From Gemmatimonadales bacterium (GTDB taxonomy: Bacteria; Gemmatimonadota; Gemmatimonadetes; Gemmatimonadales; GWC2-71-9): 64,000 nt of DNA. The translations under genes and the position numbers were made by a program. Positions 20,696-30,094 of this stretch are shown in pieces (the stretch's first letter is position 1; each line of letters opens with the position of its first letter). Location of the stretch: NCBI GenBank assembly GCA_041613315.1, contig JBFJHJ010000002.1, positions 32,001 through 96,000 on the forward strand, read 5' to 3'. The notes under the pieces are model-generated. The model saw only the letters and a list, made by a program, of their open reading frames with translations, was not told the DNA's origin and did not search any database.

Positions 20696-20724
20696 AATAT
20701 ACCCACGGCGAGGGGGGAAATCAA
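20696..20724 (-). promoter_or_regulatory. Putative sigma70 promoter of gyrA
   Basis: TTGATT (20724-20719)-17 bp-TATATT (20701-20696) in an AT-rich patch 60 nt upstream of the ATG. Confidence 0.6.
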
Positions 20725-20951
20725 TCGGCCAGAACCACCTTAAGTTGTTGTTTGACAATTTCTTATGAGCTTCGCCGCGCGGCGGGGAGCTGCCGGAAGC
20801 GGCCCCTCTCACCACCTTCGAGCGACCGCCCGGGCGCGGCGAGCATCGTCGTCCGCAATGAAACCCTGGGCGGTCGTCGTGCGTCTAATGTCCCAGGGGC
20901 CGGGACGTCTGGGGCCGCAACACTGGAGAATTGGCCGGGTCGGAGGAGCGC

Positions 20952-21182
20952 ATGGAATACGCACTGGCACTATCGAACACGCTGCGCGCGACGGGCGACC
21001 TCCGTGGCGTGCCGCGGCTCGCCCGCTCCATGCCCGAAGCCGGCGCGCGCCTCGTCCGGACACCGGCCGGCTACGCCATGTTCGACGAGCGGGACCGTTA
21101 CGTGGGCCGCCTGCCGTGGCCGGACGGCAAGCCCACGCTGGAACCGGGCGGAGAGACGGTGTTGCTGGTCCGGGACGGATAG
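20952..21182 (+). CDS. Small hypothetical protein (76 aa)
   Basis: Strong SD GGAGGAG before ATG 20952; GC3-rich codons; fills an intergenic gap. Confidence 0.55.
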   Translation: MEYALALSNTLRATGDLRGVPRLARSMPEAGARLVRTPAGYAMFDERDRYVGRLPWPDGKPTLEPGGETVLLVRDG

Positions 21183-21250
21183 GGCGCGGCACGCCGCCGC
21201 GCGCCCGCCCAACCCTCCGCCCCTCGCACCCGCCCCCCGCCCGCCGCGCA

Positions 21251-22309
21251 TCACGGTTCACCGATCTCCACCACGATCTTCCCCATCTGCGCACCCTGCT
21301 CCATCCGCTTGAAGGCCTCGTGTGCGCGCTCGAGCGGGAAGGTCGAGTCGATGGTGGGCCGCAGGTGTCCCTGGCCGAGCACGCGCACGATCTCCCGAAA
21401 CTCGTCGGCGCTGCCCATCGTGGAGCCCATGATGTCCCACTGGTGCCAGAACAGACGCCGGAGATCGATCGTCACCTTCGGCCCCGTCGTGGCACCGCAC
21501 GTGATGAGCCGCCCCCGGCGCGCGAGGAGCCGGAGCGACTGTTCCCACGTCGCCTCCCCCACGTTTTCCACGACGACGTCCACCCCACGTTTGGCGGTGA
21601 GCGCCCGCACGGCTTTCACCACATCGGTCATGCGATGATTGAGCGTGTGGTCCGCGCCCATCGCGCGCGCCGCCGCGAGCTTCTCGTCGCTCGACGACGT
21701 GGCGATCACGAACGCCCCGGCGAGCTTCGCGATCTTGAGCGCCGTGCCCGACACCCCACCCCCGATCCCCCAGATCAACACCACTTCGCCCGGCCGCACC
21801 CGTGCCCGCGTCACCAACATCCGCCAGGCCGTGAGCGTGACCAGCGAGAACGCCGCCGCTTCCCCCCAACTGAGCGGAGAGTGCGGCGCCGGCGGCGTCG
21901 GCATCGGCGCCAGGTTCTCCTGCGGGACCACGATGTACTCGGCGAGCGTTCCCGGTACGTGCTCCCCCAGCAGGCGGTAGTCAGCGCACGACGAGTGCTC
22001 GCCCGCGAGGCAGAACTCACAGGCGTAGCAAGAGATGCCGGGGTTGATCATCACGCGATCGCCGACGGCAACGCGCGCGACGCCCGTGCCCACCGAGTCC
22101 ACCACGCCGGCCCCGTCGCCACCCACGACGTGGGGGAAGCTGAGCGTGAGCCCCGGGAGTCCCCGCACGGTCCAGAGATCCAAATGGTTCAGGGCGGCCG
22201 CCCGCAGGCGCACGCGCACGTCGCCGGCGCGGGCGATGGCCGGTGTCGGCACGTCCCGCACCGCGAGCTGCGAGAGATCACCGTGACCGCTGAGGACGAG
22301 CGCTTTCAT
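21251..22309 (-). CDS. Zinc-binding alcohol dehydrogenase / MDR family oxidoreductase
   Basis: ALNHLD, GGDGAG, CYACEFC...C structural Zn site, GIGGGV, GSTMG; ATG at 22309. Confidence 0.9.
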   Translation of the reverse strand: MKALVLSGHGDLSQLAVRDVPTPAIARAGDVRVRLRAAALNHLDLWTVRGLPGLTLSFPHVVGGDGAGVVDSVGTGVARVAVGDRVMINPGISCYACEFCLAGEHSSCADYRLLGEHVPGTLAEYIVVPQENLAPMPTPPAPHSPLSWGEAAAFSLVTLTAWRMLVTRARVRPGEVVLIWGIGGGVSGTALKIAKLAGAFVIATSSSDEKLAAARAMGADHTLNHRMTDVVKAVRALTAKRGVDVVVENVGEATWEQSLRLLARRGRLITCGATTGPKVTIDLRRLFWHQWDIMGSTMGSADEFREIVRVLGQGHLRPTIDSTFPLERAHEAFKRMEQGAQMGKIVVEIGEP

Positions 22310-22430
22310 AGAATCGGGGTGAGGTGTGTCGGAAGAGGGTATCGGCCGATCGGACTCGGCGACCCGCCGTCCACCAACTGGAAAGGACGCGATTCGCTTC
22401 GTGGCCCGGGTGGTGACGGTCTCGTCGCGG

Positions 22431-24629
22431 CTACGGGCGGAAACTCGGTGCGGCGAACTGCTCCGCCGGCGATTGGCGGGGCACCTCCACGGCCGCACCA
22501 CCGCCCACGGGGACGAGCACCATCCGCACGCCCGACGCGTTCCTCCCTTGCTCGGGTACCGTGGCAGCCACCAGATCGCGCCCAGGGGCGACCGCGTAGC
22601 CGCTGACAAAGAGCTCGGCGGGCGTCAGCGTCGCGACCTGTCCCGCCAAGGTCATGGTCGTCACGCTCCGCGTGGGCCCGCGGCGCACCCGCACCTCGCG
22701 CAGAAACGCGAGTGTGCTGTCGCCCAGCCACGCGGGCGCCGTCGCCTCCCCCGTGATGCCGCCGACGGCCCGCTGGTTGGTGCCATCCAAGTCCATCAGG
22801 TACAGCTTCGCGTCCCGGTCCCGCCGAGTGTAGGCGATCGTACGGCCGTCGGCCGAGACCGCGGGCTCGTGGTTGGCCCCGTCCTGGGTGAGCTGCCGCG
22901 CCGCTGTCCCATCGGCGTTGATGATCCAGATCTGGGGCCGCCCGTCGGTGAGCTGGTACACCAGCCGGCGACCGTCGGGTGTCCACGCCGGCGCCCCTTC
23001 GGCCCCCGAGGTGGTCGTCAGACGCCGGGGATTGGACCCATCCGCGTCCGCCACGTACAGCTCGTTATTCCCCTCGACGTCGGATACGTAGGCAATGGAG
23101 AGGCCGTCCGGGGCGTACACCGCCCCCAGATCCTGGCCTGGCGTGGCGACGATCCGTCGAAGGCGCGCGGGGTGGCTGCGGTCGACCGCGTACACGTCGA
23201 ACGAACCGCTCCGGTTCGAGGAGACCAGCAACTCACCGGTCACGAACACGCGCGCGCTGTCGGCGGGACCCGCAGGCGTGGTCGCGACGACGACCGCCGA
23301 GCCCATGTCGATCGCCTCTACCGTCCCGTCATTGCCGACACGGACGATGGCCGGATCGCTCGACGTCCACCGGACCGCGGTCGCCGGCCCCATCCGACGT
23401 CCCGCGGCGTCGGTATAGAACGCGCTGAGGGAGCGTCGCTCTCCACGGCGGAGCGCGAGCCGTTCGGCGCTCACGACGAGCCCCGCGGCCGCCACGCGCA
23501 CCCGCCACCGCTTCTCCAACCCCGGCCCCGGGCCCCGGACGGTGATGGTCGTCGCACCCACCGCCCGGCCTGTCGCGGTGCCGCTCACCGCGTCGAACCC
23601 CACGACCGCGGTATCCGCGACCTCCCACGACAACTCGGCCTCCGGGACCGGCACGTCGTCCGCTCCCCGCGCGACGGCGCGGAACGTCGCAGCGCCGCCC
23701 AGCGCGAGCACGATGCTGTCGCCCGACGGTGCCAGTGTCAGGGACTCGACGCGGCGGTGCACCGAGACCGGAAGCCGGAGCTCCTGACCGAACCCGTTCG
23801 CCACCACCTCCGTCCGCCCCGACGCCACGCCCGTCACGACCCCGTCGACGGTCACGGAGACGATGCCCGGATTGGCCGTCCCCCACGCGAGCGTCCGCGC
23901 GTCGAGGCGCCGCCGCTCCTGGGCCGGCACGATGACGCGCACGGTGTCTGACGCTCCCGGCGAAATGGGAAGCCGAGAGGCTTCGAACGCCCATTCCGTG
24001 ATCGCCACGTGGACCGGCACGCGCTGTGAGAGACGCCCGTCGGTCGTCCGCGCCTCGATCATGCCCTGGCCGGGCGCGATGCCGATCACTCGGCCGCCTG
24101 TCGCCAGCCGGGCCACGTCCTCGCGAAAGGAGCGCCACACGAGCGGCACCGGCGCCGCCGGGGAGCCGTCGTCCCGCCGGAAGATGGGCCGGAGCTGAAT
24201 CGTCTCCGAGGGAAGGAGATACACCGCGGTGGGGTCGATCTGGAGAACCGTGGGGGTCCCGAAGCCACTGCGCGGGCCGGCGGGGCCGCCCCCGACGGTC
24301 ACGGTGAGCGTTCGTGACTGCCCGCCGGCCTGGACCTCCACCATCGCCGCACCCGGCGCCAGTGCCACGACGTACGCGACGCCCGGCACGCCGGGATCGG
24401 GGTCCACGCGGACCACATGCGGGTCACTGCTGCGCCAGCGGAAGCTCGCCAGCACGATATCCCCGCGGGCATTGTACGCGGAGGCGAGCACCTCGCGTCG
24501 TTCCCCCACCGCCATCCGCAGCGACAGCGGTGTGAGATCCAGCGTTGACACGGCTTGTGCGTTCGCGGGTCGCTCGGCGACGAGCGCGAGAGTGAGCGTG
24601 AGCAGCGGAGCGAGCTTGCGTCGGCGCAT
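22431..24629 (-). CDS. Secreted protein with tandem Ig-like (Big_2) repeats and C-terminal TolB-like beta-propeller
   Basis: Signal peptide (MRRRKLAPLL...ANA), repeated WxSSDPxVVxV motifs, PD40-like repeats (PAWTPDG, PAVSADG). Confidence 0.8.
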   Translation of the reverse strand: MRRRKLAPLLTLTLALVAERPANAQAVSTLDLTPLSLRMAVGERREVLASAYNARGDIVLASFRWRSSDPHVVRVDPDPGVPGVAYVVALAPGAAMVEVQAGGQSRTLTVTVGGGPAGPRSGFGTPTVLQIDPTAVYLLPSETIQLRPIFRRDDGSPAAPVPLVWRSFREDVARLATGGRVIGIAPGQGMIEARTTDGRLSQRVPVHVAITEWAFEASRLPISPGASDTVRVIVPAQERRRLDARTLAWGTANPGIVSVTVDGVVTGVASGRTEVVANGFGQELRLPVSVHRRVESLTLAPSGDSIVLALGGAATFRAVARGADDVPVPEAELSWEVADTAVVGFDAVSGTATGRAVGATTITVRGPGPGLEKRWRVRVAAAGLVVSAERLALRRGERRSLSAFYTDAAGRRMGPATAVRWTSSDPAIVRVGNDGTVEAIDMGSAVVVATTPAGPADSARVFVTGELLVSSNRSGSFDVYAVDRSHPARLRRIVATPGQDLGAVYAPDGLSIAYVSDVEGNNELYVADADGSNPRRLTTTSGAEGAPAWTPDGRRLVYQLTDGRPQIWIINADGTAARQLTQDGANHEPAVSADGRTIAYTRRDRDAKLYLMDLDGTNQRAVGGITGEATAPAWLGDSTLAFLREVRVRRGPTRSVTTMTLAGQVATLTPAELFVSGYAVAPGRDLVAATVPEQGRNASGVRMVLVPVGGGAAVEVPRQSPAEQFAAPSFRP

Positions 24630-24821
24630 CGGTCGGCGGCTGTGTTGCCCGTAAGTCCAATCGGGAGATGAAGATATGCGATCGAACCTAGTGCCGGCAG
24701 CGCCACTGGTCAAGCCAGGCAGTCCCGCGCACCGGCGGCGCACCAACAGCGTGCACTTGCCATCGCTCATCACGTGGAGAAAACTATAGGGCCTCAGAGT
24801 CACTCACCGGAGGAACACACG

Positions 24822-25139
24822 ATGTCGATGTCTTTCGATCCCATCGGCAGCGGACCGGGCGGTCCGGGTATGTGGGACCCGATGCCGCTGACCCCGCCGG
24901 TTCGTCCGCCGTCCGAACCGAAAGAGGAAAAGCTGATCTGGTCCCGGCCGGAGCCGACGCCGCCACCGGCACCGGAGAAGCCGAAGCCCGCGGCCGCCCC
25001 GAAACCCAAGAAGAAGGCGGCGAAGAAGAGACGGCCCGCCGCGAAACGCAAGAAGAAGGCGGCCAAGAAGAAACGGCCGGCCAAGAAAGCGCGGAAGAAG
25101 GCGAAGAAGAAGAAGGCTGGCCGGAAGAAGCGCCGCTAG
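24822..25139 (+). CDS. Small Pro-rich, Lys/Arg-rich histone H1-like protein (105 aa)
   Basis: SD GGAGGA at 24809; C-terminal 45 aa contain 31 K/R; AAG-rich coding bias. Confidence 0.7.
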   Translation: MSMSFDPIGSGPGGPGMWDPMPLTPPVRPPSEPKEEKLIWSRPEPTPPPAPEKPKPAAAPKPKKKAAKKRRPAAKRKKKAAKKKRPAKKARKKAKKKKAGRKKRR

Positions 25140-25151
25140 GCGGCCGGGCGG

Positions 25152-26948
25152 TCAGTCAGTCTGGGGTGCCAGCCGCGCCAACACGTGGGCGCAGTTGATC
25201 AAGGCGATGTGGGTGAGTCCCTGTGGGAAGTTCCCCAGGAACGCCCCCGTCGCCGGGTCGATCTGCTCCGAGTAGAGGCCCACGTGATTGGCGCGGCTGA
25301 GCATGTGCTCGAAGATCCGCACACCCGCTGCGCGGTCCCCGATCATCGCCAGCGCCTGGGCGAGCCAGAAGCTGCCGATCGCGAACGCTCCCTCCTCTCC
25401 CTCCAGCCCGTCGGGGGCGCGATAGCGGTAGACGAGCATGCCGTCGGCCGCGGTGAGCTCCCGTGCGATCGCCCGCACGGTCGCGGCGACTCGGGGATCG
25501 TGCCGATCCAGAAAGTGCACCATGGGAATCACGAGCGCGGACGCGTCGAGATCGGTGGCGCCGTAGGCCCGGACGAACGCACCGCGTGCGGGGTCGAACC
25601 CGTGTTCGAGCACGTCGGCCCGGCAGAGGTCCGCCTCCCGTTGCCACCGCTCCGCGTCCCCTTCCAAAGCGTGGGCCGACGCGAGCTTCACCCCCCGATC
25701 CAGGGTCACCCAACACATCACCTTGCTGAAGACGTGATGCTGCGGCTCGTTGCGCACCTCCCATAAACCGGCATCCGGGCGACGCCAATGGTCCGCCACC
25801 CAGTCGACCAGATCCCGCAGCACGCGCCACGTCCCCTCGGTGACCTCGAATAGCCGCGACCAGGTGTACGCCGTCTCCAGCACCTCGCCGTAGACGTCCA
25901 GCTGGAGCTGGTCCACCGCACCGTTCCCCACCCGTACCGGCCGCGAGCCGCGGTAGCCGCTCAGGTGGGCGAGCTCCATCTCTGGAAGCTCCCGGCGACC
26001 GTCGATCCCGTACATGATCTGGAGGTGCGGGGCGCCGCGCCGTCGGGACACGCGGCGCACGAATGCCATGAACCGGTTCGCCTCCTCGTGGTGACCCAGC
26101 GCCTGGAGACTGTAGATCGCGAAGCAGGAGTCACGGAGCCAGAAGTAGCGGTAGTCCCAGTTTCGGCCCCCGCCGATCCACTCGGGCAGGGACGTGGTCG
26201 GGGCTGCGACCATCGCACCGGTGGGCTCGTAGCACAGGAGCTTCAGCGTGATCGCCGAGCGCTCGACGGCGTCGCGGTAGGGACCGCGGTAGCGGCTCCT
26301 CGCAGCCCATTCGGTCCAAAAACGGGACACGTCGGAGAGCGCGTCGTCGCTTGCGTAGTCATCGATCGGCCGGACGTCGTCGTCGTCATCCCGCAGGACG
26401 AGGGTCAGTGTCTGCCCGCCCGCGACGCGGTGAACGGCGCGGGCAACGCCGTCGCGCAGCTCCCAGGCAAGGGGCTCCGACGTGGCGAGCGCGACCGTCC
26501 GTTCCACCCCATCCGTGGCCACGATCCCGTGTCGGCGACGCTCGAACGCGGCGGCGCGGGTGCCGTAGGCAAACCGGGGCTCCAGCAAGACGTCGATCTG
26601 GACCATTCCCCGGGTGCACGCGATCCGCCGGTGGATCTCGGACGGGTCGCCGGGACGGCGGACCGTCGGAACGGGCATGAAGTCCGTGACCACGGCATGC
26701 CCCTCGGGTCCCGCGAAGGTGGTCTCGAGTACGGCGGTCCGCGGCACATAACGCTGGACGCCGCGATCGGCGCCAACCGACCGCACCTGGAAGCGTCCGC
26801 CCCGGCCGTCATCCAGGAGCGCGCCGAAGATGGTGGGGCTGTCGAACCGCGGCAGGCAGCACCAATCGATCGAGCCGTTCACGCCCACGAGCGCGGCCGT
26901 GCGAAGATCGCCGATCAAGCCGTAGGCGGCGATGTCCAGTGTCGTCAT
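25152..26948 (-). CDS. Glycoside hydrolase family 15 (trehalase/glucoamylase-like)
   Basis: AAPTTSLPE, RNWDYRYFWLRD, QLDVYGE, GLWEVR, GLYSEQ, GNFPQGLTH. Confidence 0.92.
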   Translation of the reverse strand: MTTLDIAAYGLIGDLRTAALVGVNGSIDWCCLPRFDSPTIFGALLDDGRGGRFQVRSVGADRGVQRYVPRTAVLETTFAGPEGHAVVTDFMPVPTVRRPGDPSEIHRRIACTRGMVQIDVLLEPRFAYGTRAAAFERRRHGIVATDGVERTVALATSEPLAWELRDGVARAVHRVAGGQTLTLVLRDDDDDVRPIDDYASDDALSDVSRFWTEWAARSRYRGPYRDAVERSAITLKLLCYEPTGAMVAAPTTSLPEWIGGGRNWDYRYFWLRDSCFAIYSLQALGHHEEANRFMAFVRRVSRRRGAPHLQIMYGIDGRRELPEMELAHLSGYRGSRPVRVGNGAVDQLQLDVYGEVLETAYTWSRLFEVTEGTWRVLRDLVDWVADHWRRPDAGLWEVRNEPQHHVFSKVMCWVTLDRGVKLASAHALEGDAERWQREADLCRADVLEHGFDPARGAFVRAYGATDLDASALVIPMVHFLDRHDPRVAATVRAIARELTAADGMLVYRYRAPDGLEGEEGAFAIGSFWLAQALAMIGDRAAGVRIFEHMLSRANHVGLYSEQIDPATGAFLGNFPQGLTHIALINCAHVLARLAPQTD

Positions 26949-27043
26949 CGGACACGCGCGCGCGCCGACCGGCGCGCGGGAAGGCTTGCGTTCAAAAGGG
27001 GCATGGCTACGTTCGTCTGACCGCCGACACGGAGTCCAAGATA

Positions 27044-27484
27044 ATGGCGCGTTGCATGGTGACGGTACTCGTCCTCGCCGCGTGTACCGCATCCCCGCCC
27101 GTCGGAGAGCTCGCCACAACCGTCCAGACGATGCTCACCGCCTCCGCCGACGCGTGGAATCGCGGCGACCTGACCGCGTTCGTCGCGGATTACGCCGACG
27201 ACTCTGCCACGAGCTTCGTCGCTGGTGGCCGCGTCCATTACGGTACGGACTGGATCCGGGATAACTATGCACCACGCTTCGCGCCGGGCGCCGCGCGGGA
27301 CTCGCTCCGCTTCGAGGCCGTGGCCGCGCGCCCGCTCGGTGGGGGGTATGCGCTCGTGACCGCGCGCTACGTGCTCTTCCAAGGCGAGGCGACGACGAGC
27401 AGCGGGCCGTTCACCCTCGTCTTGCAGCGCCGGGACCGCGGCTGGCGGATCATTCATGATCACACCTCCCGCGATCCTGAGTAG
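27044..27484 (+). CDS. NTF2-like (SnoaL/DUF4440) putative lipoprotein
   Basis: Lipobox-like LAAC, AWNRGDLTAF, GPFTLV, WRIIHDHTS. Confidence 0.8.
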   Translation: MARCMVTVLVLAACTASPPVGELATTVQTMLTASADAWNRGDLTAFVADYADDSATSFVAGGRVHYGTDWIRDNYAPRFAPGAARDSLRFEAVAARPLGGGYALVTARYVLFQGEATTSSGPFTLVLQRRDRGWRIIHDHTSRDPE

Positions 27485-28823
27485 CCGCGGCGTCTGCGCC
27501 GCGCTACTCGCCACCCTCGTCGCCTGTGGCAGCCCCGGAGCCGGCAAGATCGCGTTTGTCGGCGGCAGCCTGTTCGACGGAACGGGCGCGCCACCCGTCT
27601 TGGACGCCGTCGTGATCGTCGCCGGCGACCGGATCGAGGCGGTGGGCCCGCCCGATCTGGTATCGGTCCCGCGGGGCGCGCAGGAGGTCCGCGTGGACGG
27701 TAAGTGGATCATCCCCGGGCTCATCGACGCCCACGTGCATGCCGAGCGCTGGATGATGAGCCGGTTTCTGGCGTATGGGGTGACGACCGTCCGGGACGCG
27801 GGCGGCGCGGCGCCGGCGATCTACCTGCTGCGGGACTCGGTCTCGCTCCGCGTCATCGCCGGCCCGACGATGTACATCTCCGGTCCCGTGATCGACGGGG
27901 CGCCCGCCACGAGGTCGGACGCGGTGGAGGTGCGGAGCGCGCGGCAAGCTCGGCGAGCGGTGGACGAGATCGTCCTCGCGAACGCCCAGCAGGCCAAGAT
28001 CTCCAGCAAGCTTACGCGCACCTTGCTGACGCCGCTCATGGACGAAGCGACCACGCTCAACACCCCGGTCATGGCGCATCTCGGCAAGGTGGACGCCGTC
28101 ACCGCGGCTCGGCTCGGCGTGCGCTCCATCGAGCATCTGACCGGCGTGGTGGAGGCGAGCGTCGCCAACCCGGGCCCGTTGATCGACGCCCACGATGACT
28201 ACTATCGTGGGTGGACGCTCGTCGGCCGCGCGTGGGCCGAGCTGGACTCCGCGGTGCTGGACCGCACGGCACGGCGCCTGGCCTCCTCCGGCATCGCCAT
28301 GGTCCCCACCTTGGTGCTGCACGAAGCGTTCAGCCGGCTCGACGACCCGGGGTACGCGCGAAGACTCGACCTGAGCGGCGTCCCGGCCGACGTGCAGCGC
28401 GCCTGGGGCGTCCCACGGCTGATCACTCGCGCCGGGCTCACCCCCGGAGTCGTCGTGGCGCTTCGCCGAGGACGCAGCAACCAGAACCGCTTCCTGCGCC
28501 TGTTCATGCGAGCGGGCGGGCTCGTGGGCGCCGGCACGGACACGCCGCAACCGCTCCTCGCCCCGGGCGCCAGCCTGCACGAGGAACTCGCGCTGCTCGT
28601 CCAAGCAGGGCTTTCGCCGGAGCAGGCGCTCCTCGCAGCCACTCGGGAGAACGCGCGGCTTCTGGGTGCCGACTCGCTTGGGGTCGTCCAGCCAGGCAAG
28701 CTGGCGGACTTCGTGGTGACCAACAGCAGCCCGCTCGCCGACATCCGGAACACCAGCGCCGTGTACATGGTGGTCTCGCGAGGCGCCATCTACCGACCGG
28801 AGGACTTGAAGCAGGGATGGTGA
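27456..28823 (+). CDS. Amidohydrolase family protein, putative lipoprotein
   Basis: PGLIDAHVH, GVTTVRD, SIEH, GTDT, GKLADFV; lipobox LVAC. Confidence 0.88.
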   Translation: MITPPAILSSRGVCAALLATLVACGSPGAGKIAFVGGSLFDGTGAPPVLDAVVIVAGDRIEAVGPPDLVSVPRGAQEVRVDGKWIIPGLIDAHVHAERWMMSRFLAYGVTTVRDAGGAAPAIYLLRDSVSLRVIAGPTMYISGPVIDGAPATRSDAVEVRSARQARRAVDEIVLANAQQAKISSKLTRTLLTPLMDEATTLNTPVMAHLGKVDAVTAARLGVRSIEHLTGVVEASVANPGPLIDAHDDYYRGWTLVGRAWAELDSAVLDRTARRLASSGIAMVPTLVLHEAFSRLDDPGYARRLDLSGVPADVQRAWGVPRLITRAGLTPGVVVALRRGRSNQNRFLRLFMRAGGLVGAGTDTPQPLLAPGASLHEELALLVQAGLSPEQALLAATRENARLLGADSLGVVQPGKLADFVVTNSSPLADIRNTSAVYMVVSRGAIYRPEDLKQGW

Positions 28824-28879
28824 CACCGCCTGGCGCCGACCGGTGCGGGCACGGGCGCCGGAGTCGGCGACCGCAGGAG

Positions 28880-28952
28880 CTGGGGCGGCAGGACTCGAAC
28901 CTGCAACCTCCCGGTTAACAGCCGGGCGCTCTGCCAGTTGAGCTACACCCCA
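28880..28952 (-). tRNA. tRNA-Asn (anticodon GTT), CCA not encoded
   Basis: Acceptor stem TGGGGTG/CGCCCCA, D-arm GCTC..GAGC, anticodon arm CCCGG-CTGTTAA-CCGGG, T-arm GCAGG-TTCGAGT-CCTGC, discriminator G. Confidence 0.96.
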
Positions 28953-29187
28953 GAGCCACCCCACCCAACCCCCCGTGATGGAGCCGGACACGGACGGCGA
29001 GGAAGCGGGTCGGACCGCCGCCGGTTGGCGAGCGGGAGCCTGAATCTAGGGCCACGCGGCCCGCCCCGGCCAACCCCCGCTCCCTCGCCGCCACCTGACC
29101 CCCGCGATCGGCCGCCCCTCCCCCCCCGGCCCACCGACACTGGGGGAGGTGCGGCGGCCCGGTTCCGATGGCATCTTTAAGGGCATC

Positions 29188-30090
29188 ATGCCTGCTGTCG
29201 CTCAGACCGACGTCCGTGACGCGATCCACCGGCTCGCCGAGTTCTTCCGCGGCCGCCAGACCCGCGCGGGGCTCCTCGCGCGGCGTCTGCTGCGGCGGCC
29301 CGCACCGGACGACCTCCAGCTCGCGGACCACCTCGTTCGGGAGCGCCGGCGCAAGAGCCGCATGAACGGGAGCATCGCCGGCTCCTTGGTCCAGACGGCG
29401 TGGACCACCTGGGAGTTTCTGGAGCTGGACTGCCCGACCGATCACGCGGCCGTGGTGCGCACCCTCGGTTACGTGCTCGCCCAGCAGGACCGCCCCGGAC
29501 ACTTTGGGGAGGGCTGTGATCCGACGCGCCATGAGGCGCGACTCTGCCGTCACCACGTGAGCGGGTTTTTTTCCCCCGGATCGCAAGACGAGACCGTCGC
29601 GCCGCTCAGCTTTCCGTCGGGCGTGGTAACGGAGCGTGATCCCGACGCCCGGTTCGCCGCCAGCTGCTTCGCGCTCCGGGTCGTGCTGTGGGCGCGGGAG
29701 GACCGGCGCGAGGGGGTGCGCCGACACATAGAGAGTCTGCTCGCGATGCCGGGGCTCTGGGATGGCGCGGGCGGCCCCTGGTCGCCGGACTTGGTCTTCT
29801 TCGCGCTCGGCGCACTGGCACTCGCTCCGCTCGAGTACCGGGACCGGCTCACGGAACGGAGCGAGCAGGTGTTGGCACGGCAGGACCCGGACGGCCGCTG
29901 GGCGGGGGCATCGCTGTTCCACGCGCTCGACATGCTCTGGTCGGTTCCCGCGGCCCCGGCGCGGGAGGCGCTGCGGCGGGCCGTGCCGCTCATCTGCGGG
30001 CTGCAGCGGGAGGACGGCACGTTCGACGAGGGCGGACACGAGGAAGTGGCCATCATCGGGCTACGGGCGCTGAGCCTCGCTCAGGCGTAG
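29188..30090 (+). CDS. Hypothetical protein with prenyltransferase/squalene-cyclase QW-like repeats
   Basis: Helical ORF with QQDRPGHF, RQDPDGRW, LQREDGTF. Confidence 0.6.
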   Translation: MPAVAQTDVRDAIHRLAEFFRGRQTRAGLLARRLLRRPAPDDLQLADHLVRERRRKSRMNGSIAGSLVQTAWTTWEFLELDCPTDHAAVVRTLGYVLAQQDRPGHFGEGCDPTRHEARLCRHHVSGFFSPGSQDETVAPLSFPSGVVTERDPDARFAASCFALRVVLWAREDRREGVRRHIESLLAMPGLWDGAGGPWSPDLVFFALGALALAPLEYRDRLTERSEQVLARQDPDGRWAGASLFHALDMLWSVPAAPAREALRRAVPLICGLQREDGTFDEGGHEEVAIIGLRALSLAQA

Positions 30091-30094
30091 TGGC

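Noticed and set aside
18633..20768. Long antisense or alternative-frame ORFs (e.g. 18633-20768, 20765-22606, 34483-36240, 54765-56411, 61136-63601)
   Set aside because: They shadow well-supported genes, are Arg/Pro/Gly-rich without motifs, and are expected from stop-codon scarcity at high GC
28824..28952. tRNA-Asn as the integration site of a genomic island
   Set aside because: No integrase, no duplicated tRNA 3' end noticed, and no compositional shift in flanking genes
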